Shown here one piece after another: positions 52,596 through 62,382 of a stretch of DNA of 64,000 nt; the first letter of the stretch is position 1; each line of letters starts with the position of its first letter. This DNA is from Patescibacteria group bacterium (GTDB lineage Bacteria > Patescibacteriota > Patescibacteriia > Buchananbacterales > UBA6539), in the NCBI GenBank assembly GCA_028688055.1, contig JAQTYZ010000002.1, positions 132,256-196,255 of the forward strand, read 5' to 3'. Below the pieces are notes generated by a model. The model searched no databases. It was not told the DNA's origin and saw only the letters and a list, made by a program, of their open reading frames with translations. The translations under genes and the position numbers were made by a program.

Positions 52596-53244
52596 ACCGG
52601 GAGAAATTTCTTTGGCCCACCGCGGGATCTTGTTTCTCGATGAATTTCCAGAATTTCCTAGGTCCGTGCTGGAAAATCTGCGTCAACCGCTCGAGGATGG
52701 AGTAATTAATGTCTCTCGGGCCACTGGTACGTTACAATTTCCGGCCAAGTTTGTTTTAATTGGTGCGATGAATCCTTGCCCCTGTGGTTATTTAACTGAT
52801 ACGGAAAGACAATGCGTCTGTTTACCTGGGCAGATCATCAAGTACCAAAAGAAAATATCCGGCCCGCTGCTGGACCGTATCGATTTGCACGTCGAAGTGC
52901 CCAAGGTCAATTTTGATAAATTGACCGAAGAAACGTTAGCGGAAGATTCAGTTAGTATTCGCCAGCGGGTTGAGGCTGCTCGGCAGTTACAGATTGAACG
53001 GTTTAAGTGTATTGGCGTTGTCGCTAATGCTGAACTGTCTTCAAAACAGACCAGTGAATTTTGCCAAATTGATGACAAATCGCTGCAGCTTTTAAAGCGA
53101 GCGGTCAGCCACTTTGGCTTGTCGGCTCGCTCCTATTTTCGAATTTTTAAATTAGCTAGAACCATCGCTGACTTGGGGGCCAAGGAAAGTATTGAGTTTG
53201 ATCACGTGGCCGAGGCGTTACAATATCGTCCTAAGGCTGATTAG
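52558..53244 (+). pseudogene. comM: comM/yifB 3' part
   Basis: VALVGGG..PGEISLAHRGILFLDE, MNPCPCG, SGPLLDRID. Confidence 0.92.
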
Positions 53245-53341
53245 TCAGCCGTTGACAAATTGGTAAAATATTGTTTAGCTCTCTTGTGAACTAATTATAT
53301 ATTTGATATTATTAAACTATTAATTAATAGTAACTAAAACT

Positions 53342-53872
53342 ATGAGTCCAACTACGAGTCCACAGCCGACTCCGATGACCAAACCAATGAACATTTGGGT
53401 AATCATCAGTATTGTCCTTGCCATTGCTTTAATTGGCGTCAGCGTTTACGCTTTTGGTCCGCTAAAATCAACTAAGGGTGATAATATGGTCGTCAAGTCA
53501 TCTGATCAGGCCAGCTCTGATTTGATCAGTTTTATCAATCAAGTTTACGGTGCCCAGGTCGGTAATGCGACGCTGAAGAGTACAACCGAGAAAAGTGGCT
53601 TATATGAAATAGCCCTGTCGATTTCAACTAATGGTCAGCCAACCGATCAGACCGTCTATGTTACTAAGGATGGAAAATATTTCATTCCTCAAGTTATTGA
53701 TATCGCTGACGTTACTAAGCAGTTCCAGACTTATCAGCAACAACAGCAACAGGGTGGAGCTAACGTTAATGCCAACGTCAATGCTGTCAATACTAATGCG
53801 AATGTTAATGTAGATACTAACGCTAATACTAACACCGCACCATCCCCAACCCAGCCTGACCCTACTAAATAA
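53342..53872 (+). CDS. Membrane-anchored exported protein
   Basis: N-terminal TM helix, YVTKDGKY, low-complexity Q/N tail. Confidence 0.75.
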   Translation: MSPTTSPQPTPMTKPMNIWVIISIVLAIALIGVSVYAFGPLKSTKGDNMVVKSSDQASSDLISFINQVYGAQVGNATLKSTTEKSGLYEIALSISTNGQPTDQTVYVTKDGKYFIPQVIDIADVTKQFQTYQQQQQQGGANVNANVNAVNTNANVNVDTNANTNTAPSPTQPDPTK

Positions 53873-54154
53873 TCAGTATTTTAAAAAGCCCCGCTCAACC
53901 GCGGGGCTTTTGTTTTACGGCCAAATTTAATATTTACTAGCGTTAAGGTATGAATAAATTTTAATTAGTGATTGTGCTTGATTATTTCTACCAAGCAGCC
54001 TTGTAAGTTTGGCTTAAGCAATCAAGACAATTTACTCGTTAGAGTATTAGATCGTAATACTACGGGCGAACCGATTACTAATGTTGAATTAGTTAGTTGC
54101 AAGTTAGTAAATTAAAACCAATAAAAAAACATTCTTGAAGTTAAGAATGTTTTT

Positions 54155-55351
54155 TTATTTGACGTAATACAATGGATTGCGCCGAACCGAACCAGTGCGA
54201 ACTTCAAAGTGAAGATGAGGCCCCGTCGAATGTCCGGTTGTTCCCATGGCAGCAATTAAGTCGCCTTGGTGAACGTAATCACCAACACCGTAGTAGATTT
54301 TACTTAAGTGGCCATATAACGATTGAATACCATTGCCATGATCAATGATGATCATTAAACCATAACCACCATTATAGCCACCTTGGGCTTTGATGATTTT
54401 TCCGGCGTCAGCGGCATAAATTTTATGACCCATACCGCAAGCAATATCAATACCGGTATGACCTAAGTGGAAATATTGGGTGATTCGTCGACAATCGGTT
54501 GGCCAAGTCATTTTGCCCGAGGATGTCACTGGTTTTGTCTGAGTCGCTTTTGGTGGCTTATAACTTGGGGCCGTATAGCTAACAATCGGCGCGGTTGCGA
54601 TAATTTTGGCGCCGCCCGGGATCATTAATGATTCGCCGATCTTAATATCATTGGCCGAAGCCAATTTGTTATAATCAAGAATTTTATCAATGTCGATACC
54701 ATATTTTTTGGCAATTGAGGCCACGGTTTCGCCGCGCGCGACTTTATGTCGAACGCCGGAAACCGGTAAAATTGTAAGCTTATCACCCGGTCTGATTAAG
54801 CTATAACCGGTTAGATTGTTCTCCCACAAGATGGTGTTAATGGTGGTAGCAAATTTATCGGCAATTTGTGAAATGGTATCGCCTTGTTCAACAACATATA
54901 TAATCGTTTCGTTACGATTTCTTAAGGCTTCTTCGGCCGGGGATAAAATTGGCTGAACCAGAGCGTTACCGCTAACACTTGGCGGCGGTGTTTCACCGTT
55001 TTGTTCGACAATTTGCGATTTACTTTCAATCGCCGTTTGGCCCAAATATCTGGTAATTTTTTTGGTGGTGGTGATTGGCCCTTCCGTTTCGATTACCCCG
55101 TAATCATTTTCGGAAACTAAGGCTGCGACGACGCTGGATTGATCGAACTCGTCGCTGCGGTTTTCGTAAGCATTAAGATTGGCCGCGATGGTAGACAAGG
55201 CCATTAGAATAATAATCAGATGAGTTAAGAACCGCCGCGAAAAAGGGTGGATGAGTTTGTGTCTGATTTTTTGTGGCGAATAAAATTTCGTGGCAATTTT
55301 TTTTAGGTTTACTGTTACTTTATAAAGGGGCAGAATAATTGCCAATAACAA
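54155..55351 (-). CDS. LysM/M23 peptidoglycan endopeptidase
   Basis: Two LysM repeats; HTGIDI, YGH, HLHFE; frame stays open upstream to 55495. Confidence 0.93.
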   Translation of the reverse strand: MLLAIILPLYKVTVNLKKIATKFYSPQKIRHKLIHPFSRRFLTHLIIILMALSTIAANLNAYENRSDEFDQSSVVAALVSENDYGVIETEGPITTTKKITRYLGQTAIESKSQIVEQNGETPPPSVSGNALVQPILSPAEEALRNRNETIIYVVEQGDTISQIADKFATTINTILWENNLTGYSLIRPGDKLTILPVSGVRHKVARGETVASIAKKYGIDIDKILDYNKLASANDIKIGESLMIPGGAKIIATAPIVSYTAPSYKPPKATQTKPVTSSGKMTWPTDCRRITQYFHLGHTGIDIACGMGHKIYAADAGKIIKAQGGYNGGYGLMIIIDHGNGIQSLYGHLSKIYYGVGDYVHQGDLIAAMGTTGHSTGPHLHFEVRTGSVRRNPLYYVK

Positions 55352-55616
55352 AAAACGCCCAACCTTGCCGAGCGGCTTAAGTGCAACCTTGATGAGTTTC
55401 GGATTCTTTTCTTTCCAACTAGCTAAGCCGCGAAGAATGTTGGCTATGATCTTAATTAACCAAATTTTTACTTTTACTTTAATATGGTTAAAAGATTATT
55501 TTAACACCCCTAAGCTTTATTTTCGATACTAATATAAATACCATGATATCGGGTCAATGTCAATTGATGTTGTACTGAAAATATGGTAGATTGTCAATAA
55601 TAATTTAACTATCTTT

Positions 55617-56678
55617 ATGGATAATAATTTACTGGTCGGCATCATTGCGGTTTTGGTTGTCGGGTTATTCTTAGTCATTTTTTGGTTTGGAAAAAAAGTT
55701 TCCGATCTCAGCGGTAAAAAAGGAGCTGATCAGTCAATGTTGATGCTGCAAGGGCAGATTAATGAGATTACCAAAACTTTAGACAATAAGCTGGGGCAAA
55801 CCACCGAAGCCATTCAGCGACATTCCGACCAGAATCTAAATATCATCAAAACTTTAACTCAGGAACTAACCAGTCTGCGGGAAACCAATAAGCAGGTGAT
55901 GGGGGTTCAGGATCAAATCAAAAATTTAGAGCGCGTTTTGACTAGTCAAAAACAACGGGGCAATTTAGGGGAAGCGGGTTTGCAATTGGTTTTGGAAAAT
56001 ATTTTGCCGCCGACGGCTTTCAAAATTCAGTATAAGTTTGACGATGGTGATATTGTTGATGCGGCCATTTTTACCAAAGACGGCATTATTCCGGTTGACG
56101 CGAAGTTTTCGCTTGAGAACTATTCGCGCATTATTGACGAAGGGGATGAAACGCGCCGACTGGTTTTAGAGAATGATTTTAAAAATGATTTAAAAAAGCG
56201 AATTGATGAGACGAGCAAATATATCAAGCCCAGCCAGGGGACGTTAGATTTTGCTTTTATGTTTATTCCCGCCGAAGCAATTTACTACGATTTGCTGGTT
56301 AACGAAATCGGGGCGGTTAAGGTTAATACGCGCAACTTGGTTGATTATGCCTTTCGGGCGAAAAAGGTCATTATTGTTTCGCCAACCACTTTTGCCGCTT
56401 ATCTGCAGACTGTTTTGCAAGGGCTCAATGCGTTAAATCTGGAAAAGAAGACCCAGCAAATAATTAAAAATGTTGAATTATTACAGCGACATTTAGCTGC
56501 CTATGATGAGTACACCAAAAAATTAGGTAATAATTTGGCCACCGTGGTTAACACTTATAATACATCTCAAAGTGAATTGAAAAAAATCGATAAAGATGTC
56601 GTCAAAATTTCCGGTGTTGATGAGACCATCGAACCATTGCGAATTGATCGACCTAAGTCGGGAGTAGATTATGATTGA
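55617..56678 (+). CDS. rmuC: DNA recombination protein RmuC
   Basis: RGNLGE, VDAKF, FMFIPAE, VSPTT. Confidence 0.92.
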   Translation: MDNNLLVGIIAVLVVGLFLVIFWFGKKVSDLSGKKGADQSMLMLQGQINEITKTLDNKLGQTTEAIQRHSDQNLNIIKTLTQELTSLRETNKQVMGVQDQIKNLERVLTSQKQRGNLGEAGLQLVLENILPPTAFKIQYKFDDGDIVDAAIFTKDGIIPVDAKFSLENYSRIIDEGDETRRLVLENDFKNDLKKRIDETSKYIKPSQGTLDFAFMFIPAEAIYYDLLVNEIGAVKVNTRNLVDYAFRAKKVIIVSPTTFAAYLQTVLQGLNALNLEKKTQQIIKNVELLQRHLAAYDEYTKKLGNNLATVVNTYNTSQSELKKIDKDVVKISGVDETIEPLRIDRPKSGVDYD

Positions 56679-57621
56679 GCTTAGTCATAATCAGCAAGCC
56701 ATTTTAAAAACCTTGGCCTATTTTGATATTTTTGATTATCCTTTAACCTGGCTGGAAATTTACCGCTGGCTCTGGCAGCCAAGCGAGCTATATTTGAGTT
56801 CAGACTTGCTGGCTGATTTACAACTGCTAATATCGGAAAATATCATTGAGCAGAAGTTTGGGTTATATTTTTTACCCCAGCGTGTTGGCATCATCTCAGT
56901 TCGCTATGATCGTTATCAGTTCGCGGAAAAAAAATTTGCGATTGCAAAAAAAGTGGCGCGGTGGTTTTCGACGGTTCCTTTCATTGAAATGATTGCCGTT
57001 TGTAATAATGTCAGTTACAACAACGGCTCCGCGAAAAGTGATATTGATTTTTTTGTTGTTGTCAAAAATGGGCGGCTTTATTTTACGCGCGCGATTGTCA
57101 CTGTTTTAGCTAATGCTTTGGGTTTGCGCCGCCATGGTGCTAAAATCAGCAACCGTGTTTGTTTAAGTTTTTATATTATTGATACTGAACTTGATCTTAG
57201 TGATATTGCCATTGCTGACCCGGACCCATATTTGATCTATTGGTCCGCGACGCTTTTTCCAATTTTTAATAATGATGTTTATCATAAATTTTTGGCAAGC
57301 AACGCTTGGCTAAAAAAATATCTGCCTCATTTTAATGGTGTGGAGGCCAACGGCCGCCGCTTCGCCAGCCGTTATAAAATGGCCGCCAGCTCGCAGGCTT
57401 TGGGTCGTTGGATTTTTGGTGGTCGCTTAGGTGACGCGGCTGAAAAAATAGCTAGATTGATTCAGTTGACTAAAATGTCCTATAATAAAAAGAGTGTCGC
57501 CACCCAACCAAATACCAAGGTGGTCATCTCGGAACGGATGCTTAAGTTTCATGAAAATGATCGCCGGCTGGAATATGCCAATCGCTGGTACCAATCATGC
57601 GCTAATTTGAAAATTTTGTGA
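56671..57621 (+). CDS. Nucleotidyltransferase-fold hypothetical protein
   Basis: TLAYFDIFDYPLT, SDIDFF. Confidence 0.7.
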   Translation: MIELSHNQQAILKTLAYFDIFDYPLTWLEIYRWLWQPSELYLSSDLLADLQLLISENIIEQKFGLYFLPQRVGIISVRYDRYQFAEKKFAIAKKVARWFSTVPFIEMIAVCNNVSYNNGSAKSDIDFFVVVKNGRLYFTRAIVTVLANALGLRRHGAKISNRVCLSFYIIDTELDLSDIAIADPDPYLIYWSATLFPIFNNDVYHKFLASNAWLKKYLPHFNGVEANGRRFASRYKMAASSQALGRWIFGGRLGDAAEKIARLIQLTKMSYNKKSVATQPNTKVVISERMLKFHENDRRLEYANRWYQSCANLKIL

Positions 57622-58256
57622 ACAATTTTTTAAACAGCAAAAAAAATTATCTCGTCTTTACTTTTACTGTTGTCTATTTGGCTGCCTTTACTTTTAACAG
57701 TATTATTAACGCCAATTATGAGTTCCTTTATTATACTTTCTTAATTTCATTTATCATTTATTTAATTTTTACCATTCACCAGAAACTCCATCTGGCTTTT
57801 TTTATTTTGATTAACTTATCATTGATGGGTTTTTTTCATTTGCTCGGTGGCAATTTTTATCTGCACGGCAACGTCAGGCTTTATGATTATTATATCATCC
57901 CCGGTATTTTCCGCTATGATAATTTTGTCCATACTTATGGCGCGTTTATTGGCACTTTGACGTTATACAGTTTGTTAAACTTAGTCTTTGATGAAAGGGT
58001 TAAAAAAAGATACTTTATTTTTTCCTTTATTTTGGTGTTGATGGCGATGGGGATGGGAACCATTGTCGAAATTGTTGAATTTATTGGCGCGATGACATTC
58101 AACGCCTGGGATCAAGTTGGTGATTATACTAACAATGCTTTGGATCTCGTGTTCAATACGCTGGGGGCTATTTTAGCCGCGACGGTAATTTATTTCTATC
58201 GTAACCCACCTAATTTTATTCGCAAGATTAATGCTCAGCCTCTCAAGGATAATTAA
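57618..58256 (+). CDS. DUF2238-like membrane protein
   Basis: HLLGG, RYDNFVH, EIVEF, DL. Confidence 0.7.
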   Translation: MNNFLNSKKNYLVFTFTVVYLAAFTFNSIINANYEFLYYTFLISFIIYLIFTIHQKLHLAFFILINLSLMGFFHLLGGNFYLHGNVRLYDYYIIPGIFRYDNFVHTYGAFIGTLTLYSLLNLVFDERVKKRYFIFSFILVLMAMGMGTIVEIVEFIGAMTFNAWDQVGDYTNNALDLVFNTLGAILAATVIYFYRNPPNFIRKINAQPLKDN

Positions 58257-59589
58257 ATTTGGTTTTTATACTTTGTTGTTTTTTTTGCCCTGGCAAACGC
58301 GTCTCATTTGGCAGGATGCTTTTTTAAATGGCTTTGTGTGGGAATATGGAAGAATGAGCTTGTATGGCACGGAAATTTTATTGTGGCTACTTTTATTGTG
58401 TTATGCGGCCTGGCTTTTTTCAGTTCATCCCAAGCCAAGTTTTAGTTTAGAGTTTTTTTTTCATGGGCTTAAAAAACCAGCCGTGATAATTTATGGGTTG
58501 GTGGTGTTATTTTTATTATTTGCCGCGGTTTCAATGACTTGGTCGGTTGATCGGAGTTTGGCTTGGTATGGTTGGGTTAGGTTAGTTGAGGCCATTGCCT
58601 TAATGTCTTTAGTTGTCGTTTTTAAGCCAAAAGTTAGCCGTGACGAGATTACGTTTTCGGGCCTGGCTTTTGTTTGGGTTTTATCATCGTCGCTCCAGAG
58701 TATTTTTGCCAGCTGGCAATTTTTTAGCCAATACACTTTTGCTAATAAATGGTTGGGGCTCGCTTCCCATTTTCCTAACATTAGCGGTTCAATAATTTTA
58801 CAAACTTCAAATGAGCGCTGGCTGCGGGCTTATGGTAGCCTTCCTCATCCCAATATTTTGGGTGGATTTTTGGCGGCTGGATTATTTTTTTTAATTTTTC
58901 TGGCCTTTGAAAACGCCAGTCGTCGTCGTCGAATTTTTGTGGCCACTAATTTAATTATCATTTTGCCGGCCTTGTTTTTTAGTTTTTCGCGTTCCGCGTG
59001 GCTGGCGTTAATTACTGGTCTCTTTATTTTCGGTGGTTGGTTTATCAAAAAACCGAGTGGCTTTGAGAAAAATTATTTCGCCAAAATTTTATTTTTAGTG
59101 GTCCTACTTATTGCTATCCTCGCTTTTAATTTAGTTGACCCGCTCCTGACGAGACTGGAGGGGATAGAACCCAACGAAGTTGACTCAATCCAACAACGCT
59201 TAACTTATTCCGAACAAGCCCTGCAATTAATTTCGCAGCGGCCACTGAGCGGTTATGGTATCAATAATTACACCTTGGCTATTGATCGTAATATTGATTC
59301 GACCTGGCCGGGGTATTATTATCAGCCGGTTCATAATATTTATTTATTGGCCTTCACTGAACTCGGTTTGATCGGTGGATCTATTTTCACGCTGTTAATA
59401 TTTTTATTACTTTTTTATTCCTTTAAATATCTCAACAACCTCGAAACGGTAACGGCCTTTAGCTTGCTGTTAGGTGCTTTGATTATTGGCCTGGTGGATC
59501 ATTATTTTTGGACATTGTACTGTGGTCTGCTATTTTTTTGGTTGATTGTCGGAATAAATATCCGTCTGATTAATGCTGAAAAAAAATAG
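58231..59589 (+). CDS. O-antigen ligase (Wzy_C) family protein
   Basis: RAYGSLPHPN, SFSRSAW, VHNIY. Confidence 0.88.
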   Translation: MLSLSRIIKFGFYTLLFFLPWQTRLIWQDAFLNGFVWEYGRMSLYGTEILLWLLLLCYAAWLFSVHPKPSFSLEFFFHGLKKPAVIIYGLVVLFLLFAAVSMTWSVDRSLAWYGWVRLVEAIALMSLVVVFKPKVSRDEITFSGLAFVWVLSSSLQSIFASWQFFSQYTFANKWLGLASHFPNISGSIILQTSNERWLRAYGSLPHPNILGGFLAAGLFFLIFLAFENASRRRRIFVATNLIIILPALFFSFSRSAWLALITGLFIFGGWFIKKPSGFEKNYFAKILFLVVLLIAILAFNLVDPLLTRLEGIEPNEVDSIQQRLTYSEQALQLISQRPLSGYGINNYTLAIDRNIDSTWPGYYYQPVHNIYLLAFTELGLIGGSIFTLLIFLLLFYSFKYLNNLETVTAFSLLLGALIIGLVDHYFWTLYCGLLFFWLIVGINIRLINAEKK

Positions 59590-59683
59590 CTTTACTCTCT
59601 GTTTTTTCCGCCCAGCTGATTATCGCTTGGGCTGATTGACATCACTTGACAGTCATCTTAAAATAATTTAACCTGATAGGTAG

Positions 59684-59710
59684 CTAGCACTCTATAATTT
59701 AGAGTGCTAA
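59684..59710 (+). promoter_or_regulatory. CIRCE (HrcA operator)
   Basis: CTAGCACTC-N9-GAGTGCTAA upstream of groES. Confidence 0.92.
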
Positions 59711-59750
59711 TTATGTCCAATGTTTAATAATAATTTAAGGAGCTAAAGCT

Positions 59751-60029
59751 ATGAAGTTAAAACCATTAGGTAATCGCATCGTGGTTGAACCTTTAACCGA
59801 AGCGGAAACCACCAAGTCTGGTATTATTTTGCCGGAAACTGTCGATAAGGAAAAAAAGGCCGAGGGCAAGGTTGTGGCGATCGGCGATGGCGCGAAAATT
59901 ATAACGCGCGGACTTAAGGAAGGCGATACTGTCTTGTTCGGTAAATATGCCGGTGAAGAGGTAAAGCTTGGCGAAGTCGAATATAAAATTTTGTCTGACG
60001 ACGACGTTTTAGCCGTTGTCATTAATTAA
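59751..60029 (+). CDS. groES: Co-chaperonin GroES
   Basis: [15 protein letters not shown]. Confidence 0.98.
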   Translation: MKLKPLGNRIVVEPLTEAETTKSGIILPETVDKEKKAEGKVVAIGDGAKIITRGLKEGDTVLFGKYAGEEVKLGEVEYKILSDDDVLAVVIN

Positions 60030-60046
60030 TTCTAATCATTCTAACT

Positions 60047-61699
60047 ATGGCTAAACAATTACTATTTGGAGAAAAGGCGCGCGTCGCTGTGAAAAGGGGA
60101 ATTGACCAAGTCGCTGATGCGGTCAAAGTCAGCTTGGGTCCGAAGGGGCGCAATGTCATTTTAGACAAAGGTTTCGGTTCACCCGTCATTACTAATGACG
60201 GTGTCAGCATCGCTAAAGAAATTGAACTGGAAGACAAGTTCGAGAATGTCGGTGCATCGTTAATTAAAGAAGTGGCCGAAAAAACTAATGACGTGGCTGG
60301 TGATGGTACCACCACGGCTACCGTTTTGGCGCAAGCGATGATTGAAGAAGGTTTGAAAAATGTCGCGGCCGGCACTGATCCGGTGGCCTTGAAAAGTGGC
60401 ATTCAAAAAACCGTCGCTGTTGCCATTGAGGGGTTGAAAAAAATTACCAAGCCGATTAAAGATAAAAAAGAAATTGCCCAAGTCGCCACTATTTCCTCAC
60501 TCGATGCTCAGGTTGGACAAATGATTGCTGACATTATGGAAGAAGTTGGCAATGACGGTGTGGTCACCGTTGAAGAAGGTCAAACTTTTGGTTTGGAAAA
60601 AGAAGTGGTTAAAGGAATGCGTTTTGATAAAGGCTATGTCTCGCTTTATATGGCAACTAATGCTGAACGGATGGAAGCCGAATATGACGAGTCGGCGATT
60701 TTGATTACCGATCAGAAAATTTCCTCGGTTCAAGGTATTTTGCCGTTACTGGAAAAAGTCGCTCAGAGTGGTAAAAAAGAGTTGGTAATTATTGCCGACG
60801 ATATTGAGGGCGAAGCTTTGCCAACTTTTGTGCTAAACAAAATTCGCGGTACCTTCAATGTGTTAGGCATTAAGGCGCCGGGTTTTGGTGATCGACGTAA
60901 GGAAATGTTGGCTGATATCGCGGTGCTGACTGGGGGCAAGGTCATTTCGGAAGAAGTCGGAATGAAACTCGAAAATACAACTTTGGAAGATTTAGGTCAC
61001 GCCCGAAAAGTTATCTCAACTAAAGATCATACGACCATTATTGACGGGGCGGGTAAAAAGAAAGCGATTGAAGATCGCATCGGTCAAATTAAAAAAGAAA
61101 TTGATTTGGCAACTTCGGATTTTGATAAGGAAAAACTTCAGGAGCGATTAGCTAAATTAGCTGGTGGTGTTGGTGTGATTAAAGTTGGTGCGGCCACGGA
61201 AACGGAAATGAAAGAAAAGAAATTCAAAATTGAAGACGCGCTCAACGCGACGAAGGCCGCTATTGCCGAAGGGATTGTCCCGGGTGGCGGCGCGGCATTA
61301 GTAAAAATTGCCAACGCCTTAAATGATTTATTGAAAGAGGCTAAGGTTGAATTAACTGACGATGAAAAAATTGGGGCTAAAATTGTTCAGCAAGCTTTGT
61401 CAGCGCCCTTACGTCAGATTGCCGCTAACGCCGGTATTAAAGATATCTCGTTAATCTTAAACGAGATTAAAGATCTTAAAGACGCTAACTCAGGCTATGA
61501 TTTCAGTGCGATGAAGAAAGTTGATATGCTCGAAGCGGGAATTGTTGACCCGATGAAAGTGACGCGGACCGCTTTGGAAAATTCTTCATCCATTGCCTCA
61601 ACGCTCATTACGATGGAAACCGTGGTAACTGATTTGCCGGAAAAGAAAGATGATTTGCCAGCCGGTATGCCGGGAATGGGCGGTATGGGAATGATGTAA
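60047..61699 (+). CDS. groEL: Chaperonin GroEL
   Basis: GPKGRN, GDGTTTA, GGM tail. Confidence 0.99.
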   Translation: MAKQLLFGEKARVAVKRGIDQVADAVKVSLGPKGRNVILDKGFGSPVITNDGVSIAKEIELEDKFENVGASLIKEVAEKTNDVAGDGTTTATVLAQAMIEEGLKNVAAGTDPVALKSGIQKTVAVAIEGLKKITKPIKDKKEIAQVATISSLDAQVGQMIADIMEEVGNDGVVTVEEGQTFGLEKEVVKGMRFDKGYVSLYMATNAERMEAEYDESAILITDQKISSVQGILPLLEKVAQSGKKELVIIADDIEGEALPTFVLNKIRGTFNVLGIKAPGFGDRRKEMLADIAVLTGGKVISEEVGMKLENTTLEDLGHARKVISTKDHTTIIDGAGKKKAIEDRIGQIKKEIDLATSDFDKEKLQERLAKLAGGVGVIKVGAATETEMKEKKFKIEDALNATKAAIAEGIVPGGGAALVKIANALNDLLKEAKVELTDDEKIGAKIVQQALSAPLRQIAANAGIKDISLILNEIKDLKDANSGYDFSAMKKVDMLEAGIVDPMKVTRTALENSSSIASTLITMETVVTDLPEKKDDLPAGMPGMGGMGMM

Positions 61700-61714
61700 A
61701 AAAATTGAATATGT

Positions 61715-61763
61715 AAAAAAGGAGCCGGGGGAGATCGCACTTGCGTCTCCCTCGGCTTTGTTT
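61715..61763. terminator. Bidirectional terminator
   Basis: AGCCGGGGGAGA/TCTCCCTCGGCT stem flanked by A-run and T-rich tail. Confidence 0.75.
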
Positions 61764-61771
61764 CGTGGCTA

Positions 61772-61915
61772 CTAGCTCGGTTGCACCAAGCCAATGGCAC
61801 AGGCTATAGCACCCAATAACCCCCCGTGTATTGCCACAAGTGCTTTGCTTAGGCAACGACTGCAGTTGCAGTCTTGGGCGCATTCGTCCGACGGTTTCGG
61901 TTTCGTTTGTAGCAT
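61772..61915 (-). CDS. Small Cys-rich protein (47 aa) with hydrophobic C-terminus
   Basis: GGAGG RBS, ATG 61915; CAQDCNCSRC; TTGACA upstream. Confidence 0.55.
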   Translation of the reverse strand: MLQTKPKPSDECAQDCNCSRCLSKALVAIHGGLLGAIACAIGLVQPS

Positions 61916-62041
61916 AGACCCTCCGTTGTTTGTTGCGGTTATTGCTATGACACGAATGATCATGATATCATTGATTGGCTTTATTGTCAAGGTTTTTTGT
62001 GGTATAATTAACTTACTTTTAATTAAGTAATTATAAAAAAT

Positions 62042-62365
62042 ATGGCCGAAGTAAAGAAAAATAATTCGGAAGAAAAAATCTGGGGTGCCGTTGGCTACCT
62101 CTGGATTCTAAGTTTAGTTGCCTTAGCGGCAAGAAAAGATAATGAGTACGTTAGGTTTCATGCCAGTCAGGGCGCTTTACTGGCCTTATTATCAGTGGTT
62201 TTTATGTTTATTCCGGTGTTAGGCTGGTTGGCTAATATCTTAGTGGCGGTGTTGGCGATTGTTGGAATTATTAAGAGTTTGCAGGGCGAAAAATGGGAGT
62301 TGCCGATTGTTGGCAGTCTGGCCCAGAATTTTGGCAACTGGATAATTAAAACGATCAAACTTTAG
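62042..62365 (+). CDS. DUF4870-like membrane protein
   Basis: YL..VRFHASQG..LPIVG. Confidence 0.85.
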   Translation: MAEVKKNNSEEKIWGAVGYLWILSLVALAARKDNEYVRFHASQGALLALLSVVFMFIPVLGWLANILVAVLAIVGIIKSLQGEKWELPIVGSLAQNFGNWIIKTIKL

Positions 62366-62382
62366 GTTCATCAAATTAAACT

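Noticed and set aside
53735-53835. CAG/AAT-rich short repeats
   Set aside because: They encode a low-complexity Q/N/A/V linker, not a DNA element.
61715-61763. tmRNA 3' end
   Set aside because: GGAGCCGGGGGAG is explained by a local terminator hairpin; there is no CCA, canonical T-loop or matching 5' end.
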